Below, in pieces: positions 51,201 through 51,554 of a DNA stretch of 51,554 bases. The DNA is from Bacteroidales bacterium (GTDB lineage Bacteria; Bacteroidota; Bacteroidia; Bacteroidales; CG2-30-32-10). Numbering within the stretch: the first letter of the stretch is position 1; the number at the start of each line of letters is the position of its first letter. The notes below the pieces were generated by a model, which did no database searches, had not been told where the DNA came from, and saw nothing but the letters and a program-made list of their open reading frames with translations. The DNA is taken from positions 1 through 51,554 of the forward strand of contig JBBQSF010000003.1 in NCBI GenBank assembly GCA_038214085.1, read 5' to 3'. The position numbers and the translations under genes were made by a program.

Positions 51201-51554
51201 CAATTTTGTAAATAACATTCAATTCCGCTTTAATTTCAGTTCTAACGCTTCCACAAACCTAAATGGATGGGCAATTGACGATTTCAGCATGACTGTTCCT
51301 GCCTTGCCAAACGATGCCGGTGTTTCTGCCATTGTTAACCCTGCTACTGAAACCAATACTTACACTCCGGTAACAGTTACAGTTACAATTAAGAATTTCG
51401 GCACCAACACGTTAACAAGTATTCCTGTTAAATATAAGGTTGGAGCCGCTACAGCTGTTGCTGAAACATGGACCGGGTCTTTGGCTCCGAATGCAACTGC
51501 CAATTATACGTTCACCGCCTCTTATATTTCTCCTGCGGCTGCATATAATTTCTG
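42247..51554 (+). CDS. Giant modular secreted surface protein/adhesin of more than 3,100 aa, 3'-truncated (jelly-roll/MAM-like, CARDB-like Ig, beta-helix, cleaved-adhesin-like, lamin-tail-like and GEVED domains); probable T9SS cargo
   Basis: ATG at 42247 with signal peptide MKKLALLFALFMIGTLGISQ. Frame 1 reads open to the window end by hand translation. Nine DAG(V/I)-type..KNxG..ND(T/S) repeats, DIDG..R....PDIGADEF at about 45292-45348, and GETEDY at 49192-49209. Confidence 0.92.
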   Translation, partial: MKKLALLFALFMIGTLGISQTVLYHENFELPSVGDSVVSSGNPGWFVSTKLFNGGLRCDTSKVVANDSTFLTTTTFSTTGYGNVILQFSHICKVEFFDNATIEVSNNGGATWTQLAAAQYLGTGQFGSNGNKFASTSYGDWLPGTPAAIPTNSWWKMEQFDISALVGNTANVKVRFKLKDGNGTGAGSNYGWLIDDIKINASVSELIPPVITLNAPIMQDTIYSTGPFTISANITDVSGIQWAKIAYKINAASTYDTITMNNTTGNTYVGVIPSYTYNTKVWYHIIAKDNSLSHNVGLNPSSGDKWFYTKQGPTVVIIGTGTSAASVLPANGYYNYSWGAMLYKSNEINYNGQIDSIAFYVSTVTAPYTMSNQKVFIGHTSATTYGTAQPDTTTMTVAYTGVVTFTGPGWYKIKLQTPFYYNGTSNLLIYWMNRDGSYVSGYPTFAYTPTTNNMAAYVYSDTYASVYPTSAGTQTLNRPNLRIAFVTTNYGEDAGISMVNEPTGIVLAGSPLPLKVTVKNYGVNTIIKATIGWKLDGVAQPTYNWTGSLAQAVSSAPVTIASQTFSAGSHTIKAWTTLPNDSIDENHMNDTISSSFYACASILNGTYTIGTTGTTDFPTFAAAYNAMQNCGISGPVVFNVQSGIYTEQLTFPEIFGASATNTITFQSLTGVNTDVTLQYANTVSNNYVIKLNGADHFRFKNMTLKSIGTTYGRVIEMTGNAINNQFDGNKITGIATALTSTDYALVYSAAAATSLDSMTVLNNNVFTNGSYGLYWYGASTTSLESQTTITNNTFTNQYYYGMYIYYQNAPIISGNTITTNSAYTTFYGIYTGYCDNNLKIVKNKISIASGGYGIEPYYCDGTSAKTALIANNFVQVGGTATAYGIYTYYSTYLNIYYNSVNVTSTSATSGRAIYVYTGCSAVDVKNNIFANNGGGYAFYSGITTGVTSNYNDLFTTGINVGYWTANRTNLAAWQTASTQDANSISSNPSYTSSTNLHTFDSGLNGLATPIASVTTDIDGDVRNATTPDIGADEFTPLATDLGILSVISPVTGCGLSATENVTIQLKNLGGTAITTANIYYRLNNGTPVSEVFTGSIAPNATLNYTFTQQVNLSAVGNNTFKFYVSLAGDLNLLNDTISNYMVSNGWDFYTSAYTMGFEPADNMAQWSKLDVNADTRTWEFPYASTTYSHTGGNCARFFNSSSAAGNDWMFTRCFTLNAGSSYKIEYWYRVESATYPQNIDFKVGTSATPAAMTTNLLTMAGFTNATYQKATVTFTPTTSGTYYFGWYAYSAAANYYAFIDDINISLLPPQEASIVSIESPVSGCGLGNENVTIKITNNGSSAINGGLTAYYKPVGGSVVSEPVTASIAVGATYNFTFATKLNMAVTTTDSTFVLSAWAKLVGDPFTSNDSISKDIRSYHVPANPTVISDTVPYGGIALLHAISLDSLYWYSVPTGGTSIGTGAYFTTPALYVTTPYYVEAKTGAPDLKITEVTQYSTGTGATSPYPSWFTTSDWDGIEISNLGSAVADLTGYTFHVEGPNIIDYTIPAGVTLASGEVLILSRVGAATDDPAHKFYVMSTTGGTSSGVANGYYLKDAAGTVVDAIATDGYTFSAGSGVTAADWTGTLPSSSGLAGAIRTISDNNTAGDWVVSSASVKQTIGSLNPTLSAGIGGGGCASSRVSDTAYVQLLAVEAGIVSMPFPVSGCSDGLEDIIIKIRNNGNDTVDPGFTASYVLNLTAPVTETINSQILPGDTLTYTFTTPLTAGLSSSNIDSLFHIIAYVTIPTDNFATNDSITKSVTLNFTPGVPVVNNVTIPYGNIATLNAVSTDSVFWYDTPTSQTEIQIGHSYTTPVLYSNTVYYAEASIYSPGHSTTVGTGTVSQSYIPAYGYYDYSWSAMLFNASEMGFAGRIDTIAVYVNNAVSGFQMLAQTVYLGETTDMTFATADKPDPSTMTLVFTNDLTWNGPGWYKIPLQTPFNYSGTKSLMLYWENNDGDYVSGYPTYNATTTTGNKAKYDYQDSSFPTGAGTLTTSRANMMFIHTAKGCSSARVSDTVFVTGIPTCDAGVIAIDNPNSGIDLTATEQVTVQVKNYGTASAVNVPVKYVINNGTPVSETIAGPIASNATVSYTFTATANLSAFATYQIKAYTAQTCDLTNVNDTATKTVINNPLLYCTSASTSPTSYEDIGNVTISNVNNGIATPVTTNTTAINGYSDFTVSVPAVQLAMGVTYPISVSVISATSFYSTYVKAFIDYNRDGVFDPVTELAFGGQTTSTTPTITGNVVVPLTAVSGQVTRMRVVAVETTAAADVTPCGTYTWGETEDYSVIIAPLIPKDAGVIEIIKPLALQAQGDVVIPKVRIKNFGTDTLKAANNMSIAYKINGGTAVTALWTGNPLPPNGIDTVNLASFTVLSGSNNICAYTILAGDTNTFNDQTCKSFYGTPNIDAGVTQILQPGSQVMSGASIPVKVVFKNFGTNAITSMNINYKLNGGAAVVQAWTGNLLPNAQDTLVLANAIAPASNFTLCAYTSLTGDGDHLNDTLCKTVFGVPSSTLPYYDDFEGTAMWYNSTVNPGTSWELGAPSYGVTNNAHSPSKAWDVNLTTAYGGSANCELYTQMFDFTGIVNAKLSFWRNHYTEATYDGTNLEYSTDGTTWQALGTIADPLGVNWYTNTISGGGSHQAWAGQSSGWVKSEYTLTPLNNMPMVQFRFVFKSDPSVQYDGFSIDDFSITIPSQLDAGVEAITKPGVQTSDGASYNVKVRIKNFGMDTLQTIPVSYTVNGGIPVTGTWIGYLAPNDTVSYQFTQALISPAGQFNLCSYTSLTGDGDHLNDTTCKSVTGIPVFNLPYSDDFEGTNYWLSSDGTAQWQWGVPSATTINTAHSPTHVWATNVSGNYVGNMNDNLYSPIFNLSTQIDTVVMEFWHWYNTEAGTDGGNIQYTINGGTNWITMGYVGDPLATNWYTTTVSGKGYWMGNSTGWVKSTYKIPKNIDFGNFVNNIQFRFNFSSNASTNLNGWAIDDFSMTVPALPNDAGVSAIVNPATETNTYTPVTVTVTIKNFGTNTLTSIPVKYKVGAATAVAETWTGSLAPNATANYTFTASYISPAAAYNF

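Noticed and set aside
1-51554. tRNA, rRNA, prophage, integrase, transposase or anti-phage defence genes
   Set aside because: No recognisable signatures by eye; tRNAscan, Infernal and DefenseFinder runs would be needed to exclude small or divergent ones.

Overview
AT-rich chromosomal window from a Bacteroidota bacterium, probably Bacteroidales-like. The assignment rests on TAnnTTTG promoters, the DUF6089-uppS-bamA-skp-skp cluster and the rel-fur-purA order. Most of it is housekeeping: a DcaP-like porin (5'-truncated), korAB, two ferredoxins (one missed by the ORF track), a TonB-dependent receptor with an upstream Pro-rich-tailed ORF, sucA-sucB-nadB, outer-membrane biogenesis genes, nadK, pdxJ, tatC, purQ, rnhB, purA, fur and rel. 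The last 9.3 kb is one uninterrupted ORF of more than 3,100 codons, absent from the ORF track because it runs off the window; it encodes a modular secreted surface protein. I found no rRNA, tRNA, CRISPR, prophage or transposase, and no clear-cut new multi-gene system. The best leads are a Cys-rich tail on SucA near korAB and an atypical 7-Cys ferredoxin, a possible leader/arrest-peptide control of the TonB receptor, a gene with an in-frame TAG, and several palindromic MITE/REP-like elements, including a 59-bp dispersed repeat and a nested element. All family assignments come from motif recognition by eye, not from database searches.
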